A program made the translations under genes and the position numbers. This document shows positions 48,389 through 61,652 of a stretch of DNA of 64,000 nucleotides, one piece after another. Source of the DNA: Mustelus asterias (Eukaryota). Each line of letters starts with the position of its first letter. The first letter of the stretch is position 1. The stretch covers positions 12,090,001 to 12,154,000 of the forward strand of contig NC_135825.1 of the NCBI RefSeq assembly GCF_964213995.1. Direction: 5' to 3'. A model generated the notes under the pieces. That model did no database searches and was not told the origin of the DNA. It was given only the letters and a program-made list of their open reading frames with translations.

Positions 48389-49123
48389 CTGGAAGAAATA
48401 CAGAATGATTTGAAGGGAATGAGGCAGCTTCGTGTTTGAAACATGAATCTCCTCTTTACACTGTGACCTATTGTAGCAGCATCGCACAGACAAGGCACGT
48501 TAGCTGGAGCAATCAACTAAAGTTTCACTGATCAACTTCATGATCATTAGATACAGATCAAATGGAGCTGGTTTCATTAACTTTCCTCAGTATATCTGTA
48601 ATGCTGAGTAAAAGCTTAGAAGTAAGAATGTTATGAATTGACTGGTCATTGGGACAGAAACATTGTCTGGTGCAACATAACATTGGTGAGATATCTGTTC
48701 AGTGAGTAAGAAACTTCCAATAACATCATCCCACACTGTTCCAAAGTAGAATCATATTCCACTCAATATCAACTCTGCTCCTCTCTTCACAGATGCTACC
48801 GGACCTGCTGAGTTTTCCCAGCACTTTCTGTTTTCATCATCCCACAATTCCCTGGTGCACCTCCTGACAGGAAATTCGGAACCAGCCGGAAGCAGACGGC
48901 CTCAGTTTGGGAACAATGTATTAAACTGGGCAACTGAGAAGGGGAAGATGACAGTGAATGCAATGTTCCTGTCAGCGATACTCCAGAACACACCGGGTTA
49001 AGGGAATCTGGCATCGCTGGAGTGTGACAAGCACAACTCCATGAGATTGGGTTCACGGTGAAGTGATTAACATGAATAATGAAAACTGCACCATCTAAGG
49101 TGTGGCAAACAGAGAAAGCTCAC

Positions 49124-49142
49124 TTCTTAGTCTGAATTTCCA
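49124..49142 (-). CDS. Candidate 19-nt stalk micro-exon (V)EIQTK(N) of gene B
   Basis: Branch point CTAAC, acceptor gctgtttctgtcag|, donor AA|gtgagc; phase 1 to 2. Confidence 0.4.
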
Positions 49143-50618
49143 CTGACAGAAACAGCAACTTTGTTAGGAAGCTAACACAATACCATTATGTAAACACAGC
49201 TACCGGGTGGGATGGTGAGCCCGGGTTGGGGGACCACAGGAATGCTGATGGGGATTCAATATCTGGCAAAACCTGGAAGGCGCAGGCGACTTCATCAGAT
49301 TCACGGCCATAGTGGGCAAGAACCTGATTTACATACATTTTAATATATTTCCATATCATTAAAGACCCCCCCACTCCCCAGATATTGAGCCCTCGCTGTG
49401 TTTTCAAACCGGGGCAACGTGACATCACATTGGTGCATTTTACATCAGGTTCACCTGGACATGATGGGGAACCCCCTTCCTGGGCAAGAGGGATATGGTC
49501 AGGCAGTGGCCTGGCAATGCCCTCTGGCACTCTCCCTTGGCGCAGGTTGGCACTGCCAAGTTGGCACCATGCCACCCCAACATTGCCAACCTGGTAGTGC
49601 CAACCTGTACCAGTGGCAGTTCCGGGGTGGACCTCAGTGGGAGTCTGATGGGGGAGGGGTTATTCATTTACAAGTGAGGGTGGGCCGGAGCGGACAGGGG
49701 AGCTGGAGCAGCCGTTTGTGGGAAGGGGCTGGGTTTGTCGGCAATGGCTGTGTGGGTGGAGGGTTGGAGGGAAGGGCTCCAATGTTCGGGGGGAAGGGGG
49801 GTGGTGCCAGCACTGACTGCTGGAGGGGGGGAAAGGTCTGATATTCGGGGGAGGGGTTTGGTGTCAGCACTGACTGCTGAGGGGTGATGTGGGGGGAGAA
49901 TTGCTGGCTCATAATAGGAGGATGCCCCGACTCTGACCGGGGTGTGGTGGGATTTGGGGGGAGCCCCTGAGAGCTCTGTGGTGGGTGGGGGGGAGGTTAC
50001 ATTTAGTTTTGATTGGGCCGCCATGTTTGTGCACTGTCAGCTTACTGCAGCCAGGATTTGCTGGTGTATCGAGGCCCCGCCCCCTACATGACGATGTGAA
50101 GCACGCCCAGCTGTTTTTTTTGTGACAGAGTGTGGTAAGTTCTGGAGAGAAAGACAACCTGCTTCGAGCCAGAACCAACAGTTTTCAGTAAGATTTCCCT
50201 AATATTGTGTTTTATGTTTACGGGGGCTGTTTACAGATTCAGCTTTATTCTGGAGGCAGTCGGTGTATCAGTAAAACATTCAGTTCAGATGCTGGGAGAG
50301 CAGGATAATGGCTCATTTTAGCCATGGAGGGGGGAAGCTAAGCAAAAAATGACTGTTGTTTCCGGTGAGAAAACCGACAGGTGTCTCTCCAGAGAAACAG
50401 GTTAGATTTCTGTGCAGATCTTTGACTGAGAGAGGAAACCGGAGCACACGGAGGAAACTCACGTAGGTTCAGAGAATGTGCAGACTCCAGGCAGACAGTC
50501 ACCCAAGGCCAGAATTGAACTTGGATCCCTCGTGCTGCGAGGCAGCACTGCTAACCACAGTGCCTCTGTGTCACCTGTTGTCATCCTATTGTTAGATCAA
50601 AATCCAGGAATTTCTTAC

Positions 50619-50712
50619 CACTCACTTTTCGTCCATGCCACACCAATCTGACCTGTGTCACACAACTGCAGTTCTCCCCTGATCTGATGATCACTGACAC
50701 TGGAACCATTTC
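50619..50712 (-). pseudogene. Relic 3' end of a C2 Ig exon at the duplication breakpoint
   Basis: Translates EMVPVSVIIRSGENCSCVTQV versus D4 EMVSVSVINRSGENCSYVAQI; abuts a CR1 fragment at 50713; possible donor gtaag at 50618. Confidence 0.8.
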
Positions 50713-52707
50713 TGGGACCTGTGGACATTCACTCCAAGGATTTTCAAATCCTCCACATACCCCAGTATCCTCCCATTTATTATCTCACCATTTGCTTTGT
50801 TTGACCTGCTCAAATGCATCACCTCACACTTCTCTGGGTTGAATTCCATTTGCCACTTTTCTGCCCACCTGACCAGTCCATTGATATCTTCCTGCAACCG
50901 ATAGCAATCCTCCTCGCTATCTACTGCATTAGTAATTTTCATTACATTCCATCTAAATCATTAATATATGCCAGAAAAAACAGGGGACCGAGCACTGAGC
51001 ATTGGAAACAGCCTTCCAGTCACAAAAACAGCCATCAACAATCATCCTTTGTTTCCTGCCACAATTAATTCTTGGCCATTTGTTTACGGAAGTGGGTTTT
51101 GAAATTATACAGCACTTTTCATGGCCTTTGGATGGCCTAAAGAATTTTATAATCTGGGAAGTATTTTTAAACAACCGCCACTGTTGTGATATGGGAGATG
51201 TGGCAACCAATTTGCACACAGCAAAATCTCAGAAACAGCAGTGAACTTTGACCAGATCAATATTGGCCATTTCTTCAGAGATCTCCTTGTCTGCTTTTTC
51301 TGTAGATAAGAAGTGACCTGCTGCGTATTTCCAGCAGCTTTTTCATCATTTTGATGTTTAGTTGGTATTTTTTCCTCATCACCATTGTAACCTCCGTGTT
51401 TACATTGGACAACAATTTCTGCTCTTTCTGTGTGTCCCAACTATGTTAGGGGTAGTGGGTTTTAACAGAAAAAGAAAATACTTGGTTTGCACACGTAGAT
51501 TCAAGCAAGCACAAACCAGGTTTTATTGATGAGCTGCTCTCTGCACTGCATCAAGTACAAAACTGACAGTCACACAGCAGCCTGAGCACGCACCCTAATG
51601 ACATCACATCAAATCAACCCATTTTAAAACTCACACCTTCATGATGAAGCGAACACAACAACATCCCGCCAAGGTTTCTGATCTGAGAGTTATTGAAAAA
51701 TGATGCCCAGTCTCCCCGATCGTCAGAGACTGGACATATGACCCAAGATGTGTGTCAGGACCCTGCAGATGACCCAACATGATGATCTCCATGGGAATTG
51801 CCTGGGACATTGGAACTTCCAACGGACAGTTCTGCTGTACCCTGGGTCCCTCTGTGAAAATCTTCAGCTCTGGGTAAGAGTCAGACACTTCAAACAATTC
51901 CATGGGGCTTAACTGGATAGTTACCCAGGAAATGTTAGACTGAAAGAATCAAGTTTAATTCCTGGGTAATCACAGAACTGACCCCCGAATAATCACACTG
52001 ACCCCCTGGAGTCCCCCCAATCCTCTGATTAACCCCCTGACACACCAACTATCACCCCACACTCCGCCAATTCCACCTGATCTTGTGACTATGCCACAAC
52101 CTGAGCCAATCCGATTATTCCCTCTGACTACCCTTTGCACCCACCACTTGATTACCCAATGTCCAAATCTGATTAGCCCCCAAACCAGGCTACCCCTGCC
52201 AACCTGACCCAATTGCCACACTATTCATCTACCACCTCATCAACCTACAACCTCACCCACCTGCAACCCTACCCTCCTGTCACTTCATCAACAGACTACC
52301 TCACCCAACTGCCACTCTACCCACCTCACACGCTTGTGACCTCACTCATCTGTTTTCTCACCCACCTACCATCCTTGCCTCCGACTAGCAACACATCTAT
52401 ACACCTGTCTCCCTATCCATCTTTCACCCGACCCACCTGTGCTCCTACAGAGTTCCGATGGAGTTCTCCGAGGGACACTGCGCTCCACAGTTCTGGAGAA
52501 TCTGGAGTCGGAAGATCAGGCAAGAAATGTGGAGCTGAGTCGAGGGTGGAAAGCTTCAAGCGGAGTGGCAATCCAACAATGATTGCTGCTCTGTGACTGG
52601 CCCAGGACAATAAATGACATCCATTCTCACGCCAAAGTTGTTAAAGAGGATTTAATCACTCACACAGAAGCCATGTCATTTAAACACTAACAATAAAAAC
52701 AGCGTAC

Positions 52708-52786
52708 CTTTCAGCAAATTTGGAGTTTGGAATTGAGGAATGTGTTGGCGATACTGTTAAAATTTCACAAGAATTTTCAGGTCCGA
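52708..52786 (-). CDS. Gene B stalk exon (V)GPENSCEILTVSPTHSSIPNSKFAE(S)
   Basis: Splice sites intact; 79 nt; 4 amino-acid differences from the gene A stalk. Confidence 0.75.
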
Positions 52787-55106
52787 CTGAAAGAAGGAAA
52801 CAACATTCAGATCAGCCTCATTTTCATTGTCGTTAACTGAGAGAGTCACATTGTCAAGTGGCACCTCAACCTGAGGGAGAACCACGTTGAGGGAGCGCCT
52901 CTTCTTGGGATGTGGGTGTCGCTGTTTAGGCCAGCAATTATTGCCCATCCCTAATTGCCCTTGAGAAGGTGGTCATGAGATGCCTCTTGAACCGATGCAG
53001 TCCATGTGGTGTAGGTACATCCACTGTGCAGTGAGGGAGGGAGCACCCATCGCATCTGCGCCAGTCAAAAACAAACCACCTGACTATTCCAAACCCAGTT
53101 TCCAGCACTTGGCCCATAGCTCTGTGTGCCTTGGCATCACGAGTGCACATCTAAATAATTCTTAAATGTTATGAGGGTCTGTAAGACACCAGGAAAACTT
53201 GCCTATTCCTCCTGGAAGAGGGCCATGAAATCATTTACATTTAGCTCAAAGGATGCATGGATCAGCAGTTCAACCAGACAATAGCACCGTCAACAGCAGA
53301 GCGCAATCTCCGTGCTGTACAGTGATATCAACCCCTTTCTCGGAAGGAGAATTTGAACTCACAATCCATTGGTTTCAGAAATCAGGCTGCTACCAACTGA
53401 GCCCCTTCTGACACTGACATATTTGAATATTAAACATTCAAACTGGTTATAGTCCTCATTAATTCAGGACTATCGTTAGTGTTTATGTTAACACTGAGTA
53501 ATTCAGTGTTTAGAACATGGAATTCTGAGATTTTGAGCAGCATTTTGTGATGATAGAATTTTTCGGCAAAGAAGGAAATTTGGTCCATTGCCCTCCATCG
53601 CTATGAAAGAATTTGCCATTTAGAATCAGAGAATCCATGCAGCGCACAAGGAGGCCATTTGGCCCATCGAGTCTACAACGACACTCCCATTGTTGTGTCT
53701 TTTCCCCAAATCCTCCTAAATGTCTGCTCCTTTTTTGCTTCCCTTGTGAAAGCTGTTATTGATTCTGTTTCTAACGCAATCCATATCTTAACAATCATTT
53801 GCATCAATAAAATTCTCCCAATTTCTCCCGCTGTCCTTGTTGTGATGATCTTAACTGGATTCTCTCGAGTATTCACTCACTTACTACTGGAAATAATTAG
53901 TCTCAATTTATCTTATCAAAGCTTCAAATAATTTTGAATAGATTTAGCAGACTATTTCCTTCTATTCTAATGATTCTTTGCCGGTGTTAGCTGTTGGGAG
54001 CACTCTTGTATCTGCAGCCACAAGGATCTGTGTTCTCGCCCTACTCTAGGAATCAAAAATCAAAGCTGAAACTCCTGTGCAGTACTGAGGAAGTGCTGCA
54101 CTGTTGGAGGTGCTGCCTTTCGGATGGGATGTTGAACTGAGTCCCCAATCTGCCTGCTCTATGGGCGGCATGGTGGCACAGTGGTTGGCACTGTTGCCTC
54201 ACAGCGCCAGAGACCCGGGTTCAAATCTGGCCTTGCGTGACTGTCTGTGTGGAATTTGCACATTCTCCCCGTGTCTGCGTGGGTTTCCTCCGGGCACTCT
54301 GGTTTCCTCCCTCAGTCCAAAGATGTGCGGGTAGGTGGATTCGCCAAGCTAAATTGCCCCTTAGTGTCAGGGGGAACTAGCTGGGGTAAATGCATGGGAT
54401 TATGGGGATAAGGCCTGGGTGGGATTGACGTTGGCAGAGACTCGATGCGTCAAATGGTCTCCTTCTGCACTGTAAGATTCTATGGATTCTATGAAACTAT
54501 GGATGTATAAGATCGATGGCACTTGATCTCCTGAAGAAAAACAGAAGCGTTATCCGAAATCACCCGGCGATATTTATCCCTCAATCAAAAACAGGTTATC
54601 AGTTCATTATTTTGAGTTTGCTGTGTGTAAATTGGCTGCTGTGTTTCCTGCCTCACAACAGTGACAGTGCTTCAAAAAGCATTTCATTGGTTGTAAAGCG
54701 CTTCGAGAAGTCAGATGACTGTGAAAATAAATGGAAGACATTCTTTCATTTTGTAAGTGAGACCTCTTAAGATGCTATCATTTCACATCAACTCTTCAAC
54801 TCTCTATCCTTACGATTCATCCTAAAGCAAGAGACATCAGCTAAAGATTGTTATTCACAATTTGATCTCCAAGAAATGGGAACAGGAATGGTTAATGGAG
54901 ACCTTGTCAGTCAAGTTCTATTTAATATTAATGGGATTACTGCAACATTTAGACATGTTTGGGGAATATTTTATGATCCTGATATTTTCAATCAATATTT
55001 TAATCAGTAACTTTGTTCCGAGTTGTTGAGGGACAAAGCAGAGTGAATTTTGTCAGTTGCAGTCATTCAGAGAGACATTAGGAACCGAACCAGCAACCAG
55101 CTTATT

Positions 55107-56737
55107 TAGAACTTAGAACATAGAACATAGAACAGTACAGCACAGAACAGGCCCTTCGGCCCACAATGTTGTGCCGAGCTTTATCTGAAACCAAGATCAA
55201 GCTATCCCACTCCCTATCATCCTGGTGTGCTCCATGTGCCTAACCAATAACCGCTTAAATGTTCCTAAAGTGTCTGACTCCACTATCACTGCAGGCAGTC
55301 CATTCCACACACCAACCACTCTCTGCGTAAAGAACCTACCTCTGGTATCCTTCCTGTGTCTCCCACTACGAACCCTATAGTTATGCCCCCTTGTAATAGC
55401 TCCATCCACCCGAGGAAATAGTCTTTGAACGTTCACTCGATCTATCCCCTTCATCATTTTATAAACTTCTATTAAGTCTCCCCTCAGCCTCCTCTGCTCC
55501 AGAGAGAACAGCCCTAGCTCCCTCAACCTTTCCTCATAAGACCTACCCTCCAAACCAGGCAGCATCCTGGTAAATCTCCTCTGCACCCTTTCCAGCGCTT
55601 CCACATCCTTCTTATGTGAGGTGACCAGAACTGCACACAATATTCCAAATGTGGTCTCACCAAGGTCCTGTACAGTTGCAGCATAACCCCACGGCTCTTA
55701 AACTCCAACCCCCTGTTAATAAAAGCTAACACACTATAGGCCTTCTTCACAGCTCTATCCACTTGAGTGGCAACCTTTAGAGATCTGTGGATATGAACCC
55801 CAAGATCTCTCTGTTCCTCCACAGTCTTCAGAACCCTACCTTTGGCCCTGTAATCCACATTTAAATTAGTCCTACCAAAATGAATCACCTCACATTTATC
55901 AGGGTTAAACTCCATTTGCCATTTTTCAGCCCAGCTTTGCATCCTATCTATGTCTCTTTGCAGCCTACAACAGCCCTCCACCTCATCCACTACTCCACCA
56001 ATCTTGGTGTCATCAGCAAATTTACTGATCCACCCTTCAGCCCCCTCCTCTAAGTCATTAATAAAAATCACAAAGAGCAGAGGACCAAGCACTGATCCCT
56101 GCGGCACTCCGCTAGCAACCTGCCTCCAATCCGAAAATTTTCCATCCACCACCACCCTCTGTCTTCGATCAGACAGCCAGTTACCTATCCAATCGGCCAA
56201 CTTTCCCTCTATCCCACACCTCCTCACTTTCATCATAAGCCGACCATGGGGGACCTTATCAAACGCCTTACTGAAATCCATGTATATGACATCAACTGCC
56301 CTACCTTCATCTACACACTTAGTTACCTCCTCAAAAAATTATATCAAATTTGTGAGGCACGACTTGCCCTTGACGAATCCGTGCTGACTATCCCGGATTA
56401 ATCCGCATCTTTCTAAATGGTCGTAAATCCCATCTCTTAGGACCTTTTCCATCAATTTACCAACCACCGAAGTAAGACTAACCGGTCTATAATTACCAGG
56501 GTCATTTCTATTCCCTTTCTTAAACAGAGGAACAACATTCGCCATTCTCCAGTCCTCTGGCACCATCCCCGTGGACAGAGAGGACCCAAAGATCAAAGCC
56601 AAAGGCTCTGCAATTTCATCCCTTGCCTCCCAAAGAATCCTAGGATACATTTCATCAGGCCCAGGGGACTTTTCGACCTTCAGTTTATTCAAAACTGCCA
56701 GGACATCCTCCCTCCGAACATCTATTTCCTCCTATTT
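55107..56737 (-). mobile_element. Duplicated CR1 LINE, disrupted (stop near 56340, frameshift near 55616)
   Basis: Same element and site as 19910-21540; ORF split into 56339-56692, 55523-56281 and 55197-55640. Confidence 0.95.
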
Positions 56738-56751
56738 CAACTATCACTTAC

Positions 56752-57075
56752 CAACGCTGTTGATCTGTGCCACATAACTGCAATTCTCCCCTGATCTGTT
56801 GATCACTGACACTGAAACCATTTCACTGGATTTTTCTTCCTGGTGATTTGAGGCTGTGCAGTAATATTGATGATGTTGCTGTGTGAAGGATTGACAATGT
56901 AGATCCAGTTTATTGGTGTCAGAGATCTCTGAATCTTCAGACGGGGTCTTTTCATGCCATGTGTACTGAATGGGAAGTGATCCCTGGACAGACTCACAGG
57001 AGACGGACACTGAGCCCCCAGAACATGAGGCATTTGGTGGTGATAAAAATTTAAGTTCAGGAACAGACACGGGTT
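56752..57075 (-). CDS. Gene B Ig C2 domain D4
   Basis: Same splice sites as gene A exon 5; one amino-acid change (TWYEK to TWHEK). Confidence 0.9.
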
Positions 57076-58336
57076 CTGTGGAAAAGACAATCATTAACGG
57101 ATTTTCACAGTAACTTCATTGCAGTGTTAATGTAAACCTAATTGTGACACTAATTTATAAAAGCTTTAACAATAAACTTTAAAATTTTAAACTTTAGAAT
57201 GACCAAAAAATTAAATCGTTTCATAGTCCCAATATTTCTACACCTCATCCAGGGTGTGAGGCGGAAGGGGAAGTGTTAGAGAGAGAGAGAGTTGGCAGTG
57301 GGAGCTTGGCCGAATGCAGGTAGTATCTATTGATTGCTGTCATGAACAGCAGATATTCATGATAGCAGATTAGTTAGTAACAATCATTGGAGTGTGACCT
57401 GAGATAGACTGTGGATGTTTGCTGAGATAACGGAGACTTAAATATCTTTCCAAAAATCTAATCTTGACCTGAAATCCACCTCCGCTGCCAGTTGGAATTG
57501 GGAATTTGGCGCTCAGCCAAATCTCCATTCACAGCAGCGGGACTGGATAATTCCAGCTGCGGACGAGTTTGGTGAATTCCAGCCATTGTTTGGAGTTGTA
57601 TTTAACATTTAACAGTAAGTACCGTTTAACACTTAAGTGTGAGTACTGTTTAAAGTCGAGGGCGGGGTTTTATGGCCTCGAATGAGCGAGACGGAAAATA
57701 CCGCCCAAGGTCAACACCCTTGAGTCTGCCCCACACCCGCTCCGATACCATGGCGGGCGAGGCAGTAAAATTCCGACGTACGTATCATCCAAAGGACATG
57801 AGCTGGGAGATAGAAGCTATCCACTGGCAGCAACTGGAATAGTTAATTGGGGAAACTGGCTTGAACTGGTCTTTTTGTACTGAGTCCCTTTGTTTTTGAA
57901 CATATAAATTTAGACATTCTCAGTGCAAACAGCACTGGAGTCTGCCTTCAACCGAGTATGGACGTTTAATGAGCTGAAGGAATTTACTACAGGGGAAGAA
58001 GTGAGCTGTTGGTGAGTATCTGGGGAGTATCCCGGAAGTGGGCAAGGTCTATTATCCAGGCATTGGGAGCAAGGGTGAGGTCCTTGCCAACTTGTTCACC
58101 AGGAGAACGGGGTTCAAGGTGCAATAAATCTGACCCCATCTCTCTGGATCATTACTCTTGGCCTCTGAATTACAATTCCTGCAACATAATCATTGTTCTA
58201 ACTGCCCTCTAGCTGCCAGACTCTGCACTGCTGCGGAGCCTCGGGATATCGGAGCTGTCAATGTCTCCTCCCAGGTAAAGCACCGATCAGACATTTCAGT
58301 CGAGAGTAATAAAGATAATCACGGAGAACAATGTAC

Positions 58337-58645
58337 CGTCAGATATTTGTAGCTTTACAGGAAACATTGAAAGGAAGCCGGGCTTATCAATACCACAGCT
58401 GTACCATCCTGCATCTCCTGAATGAAGATCCTCCATAGTAACAACAAATAATGCTTGTGTCTTGTGATCTGTGATCGACATTCTCCCTCGCCGTCCATCT
58501 GGATCGTCTGATTTTACCAAAACAGAGCACTGACGACTCCAAGTTTTCACATGTGACTGAGACAATTTGTCATAGTGACAATCTATAGTGATCGATCTTC
58601 CCAAAACTCCTGTTACATTATTTTTTGCCCACAATGCACTTGCAG
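58337..58645 (-). CDS. Gene B Ig V domain D3
   Basis: Same splice sites as gene A exon 4; one amino-acid change (PGLLS to PGFLS). Confidence 0.9.
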
Positions 58646-59314
58646 CTGAAAAGACAACAGGTCAAAAATTGAACTGAAAATAATTGCTTCATACAACCAG
58701 ATATATTTCAATAGGATTTACCACTGTGTTCAGAGAAATCTCTCCAATACACCTTCTAATGTAATTGGATACTTCCTTGTTTGATATCGTTGGGCACATT
58801 GAATATGTGCTTCCGGCGGATTGATAATTAGACAACCATATTGAGATTGTATCCCAAGCCCTTTATAAAGCAAGACCCTGAGTGGTTCCATTAATCTTTT
58901 AGTCCTGGTTGGGACCTGTTGTGTTCACCACAGGTGTGTGGGAATTCTTTATTTTCATTTTGTACAATAGAAGCACGGTTCCTTCACAGCCGGCTCCTCG
59001 AGTTATTATATTCTCAAACAGCAATTCTCAGACAGCAGATTGTCTGCTCATGATCACGTTGCTCTTAGAGGGAGCTTATTGCTCACAAATTGGTGCTGAG
59101 CTTCCTACATCACAACAATGGCTCTGAATCAGTTCCAGCATTGACCAGAACGGACTTTAAAACTGTCCTGAAGATGTGAAAAGTGCAAAATAAATGCAAT
59201 TCTATTTTTATTCCAATTGCTTCGAGCAGCTGATAGAACATAAACCATGAGCAATTCAGACTGATGTTAATTTAAAAATTTGTTGTACTTTTTGAAGCGA
59301 AAAGAGATATTTAC

Positions 59315-59638
59315 CAATGTTGCTGATTTGTGTTAAATAACTGCAGTCATTCTCTGAAATGTGGATCACTGACACTGTAACCATTTCACTGGATTTTTTT
59401 CCCTGGTTATTTGAGGCTGTGCAGTAATATTGATGACGTCGCTGTTTGAAGGATTGACAATGTAGATCCAGATTATTGGTGTCAGAGATCTTTGAATCTT
59501 CAGACGGGGTCTTTTCATACCATGTGTACTGAATGGGAAGTGATCCCTGGACAGACTCACAGGAGACGGACACTGAGCCCCCAGAACATGAGGCATTTGG
59601 TGGTGATAAAAATCTAAGTTCAGGAACAGACACGGGTT
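59315..59638 (-). CDS. Gene B Ig C2 domain D2
   Basis: Same splice sites and same translation as gene A exon 3. Confidence 0.9.
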
Positions 59639-61652
59639 CTGTGGGAAAGAAACAAACATTCAGAAACTGACTGAGCATCTAAAAATCAAACACTCTGTGA
59701 ATTTCAGCTCATCAACCTCTCATTCAGGGTCAGTCATGTTGCAATCTCACCAACACATCCAGCTCTCCATTTCTCTCCATCCTCCAAGCAGCCTGAACTA
59801 CAATGTCTGCTATTATATCAGAACATCGCAGCTCTCCAGATCAAACCATGAACCAGGACCGAAAGATTTAAATTTAATGGTGAGTGGATTAGATGAGATT
59901 TGGGGCAATGGGTTATTTCACTCGGGGGATGTTGAGGGTCTGGAACTCACTGCCTGGAAGAGTGGTCGAGGGTGGGAGAGGCGGATAACCTGATCACATT
60001 AAACAAAATGGATTAAACTTGAGATGCTGTAACCTACAGAGCTCTGGATCAAGAACTAGATGGTGGGATTAGATTGGATTGCTTGTTCAGTCAACCCAGT
60101 GTGGCACAGTGGCACAGTGATTAGCACTGCAGCCTCACAGCGCCAGGGACCCGGATTCAATTCCAGCATTGGCTGTGTGGTCAGTGTGGAGTTTGCACGT
60201 TTTCCCCGTGTCTGCGTGGTTTTCCTCTGGGTGCTTCAGTTTCCTCCCACAACCAAAGATATGCAGATACCCATGGGGAGGTGATGGCCCAGTGGTGTTA
60301 TCGCTAGCCTATAAATCCATAATCTCATCTAATGTTCTGGGGACCAGGGTTCGAATCCCGCCATGGCAGCAGTTGGAATTTGATTTCAATAAAGAAAATC
60401 TGGAATTAAGAATCTACTGATCACCATGAAACCATTGTCAGTTATTGGAAAACCCATCTGGTTCACTCATGTCCGTTAAAGAAGGAAATCTACCATCCTT
60501 TCCTGGTCTGGCCTACATGTGATGCCAGAGCCAAAGCAATGTGGTTAATTCTTGACTGTCCTCTGAAATGGCCTCGCAAACCTCTCAGGATGGGCAATAA
60601 ATGCCACCCAGCCAGCGATGCCCATGTCCACAAATGAATAAAACAAATACTGGCACCTCCCACCAGGCACCAGGCAGTGCCAATGTGGGTGGTGCTGGCG
60701 GGGGAGTTGGCATTCTGGGGGGTGGGGCCTATTGGGGGCTCAATGTGTTGGGGGGTTTTCAGTGACACTGTGCACTGGGATCAGTGTGAGAAGGAGAGAG
60801 GAGGGGGACCAGGGCTGGCTATCTGGGTGGGGGGAGATCGGGGCTGGCCCGGGAGAGCTCTGGTAGGCCAGTGATTGGATGGTTGTGGGGGGTCGGGATG
60901 GCCAGCGATCGGGAGGCTAGCGGTGAGGGGGCCACTGTGCATGCGCCACTCTCCGCAGTGACAGATCGGTGTGTGTGCAGTGGCTCACTCAGCACTATAC
61001 TGCCAGCCTCTCTAGTGGGATTTGGACCCGCTCACCACATTTCAGAGTGAATCAATCTGTGTCGGAGAATCGTTCTGGTCCGTCCCTTATGTTGTCAAAT
61101 GAGCCTCTTCAGACACTGGAGTTGCAACACATCAAGGAAGCTGATCAGGAAACGTGTACTCGCTGTGTTGTGGGATAGCCCGTCAGTGAGTTGCTTGTCT
61201 CTGTTCATTCCTTTGTCTTGTGGAGCTCAGGGTCTGTGTGGAGGAGGCAGTTGCTGCTATTGGTGCTATTGGTCACCTGGGTCCTCATCTGAGGCCCAAA
61301 ATAAAACAGCCTGAGAACCACCCATGCTGATCTGATAGATACAATCACCAAAATGTAACCCAGAAATACACATTACCATCTCTGTTGTGAAAGTCTGTAA
61401 ATACTGATATTAAAACCTTTCACACAATCAGGCTAGAAATAAGCAGTGAGGTTCCAATGCTCCTTGGTATCTTTCCCAGTCACTTCTTCAGCCTCCCCCA
61501 TTGCCTCTGTCTTCTGCCCTTGCTCAGTAACCCGAGCAGCCATTGTTAGATTCCACTAATTGCACTCACTGAGCGATTAATAGACTGAAATTGATAACCC
61601 GTCTCTCACTGGGGGGATTTGATCACACACGGATTGACACATTTAATGTTTC

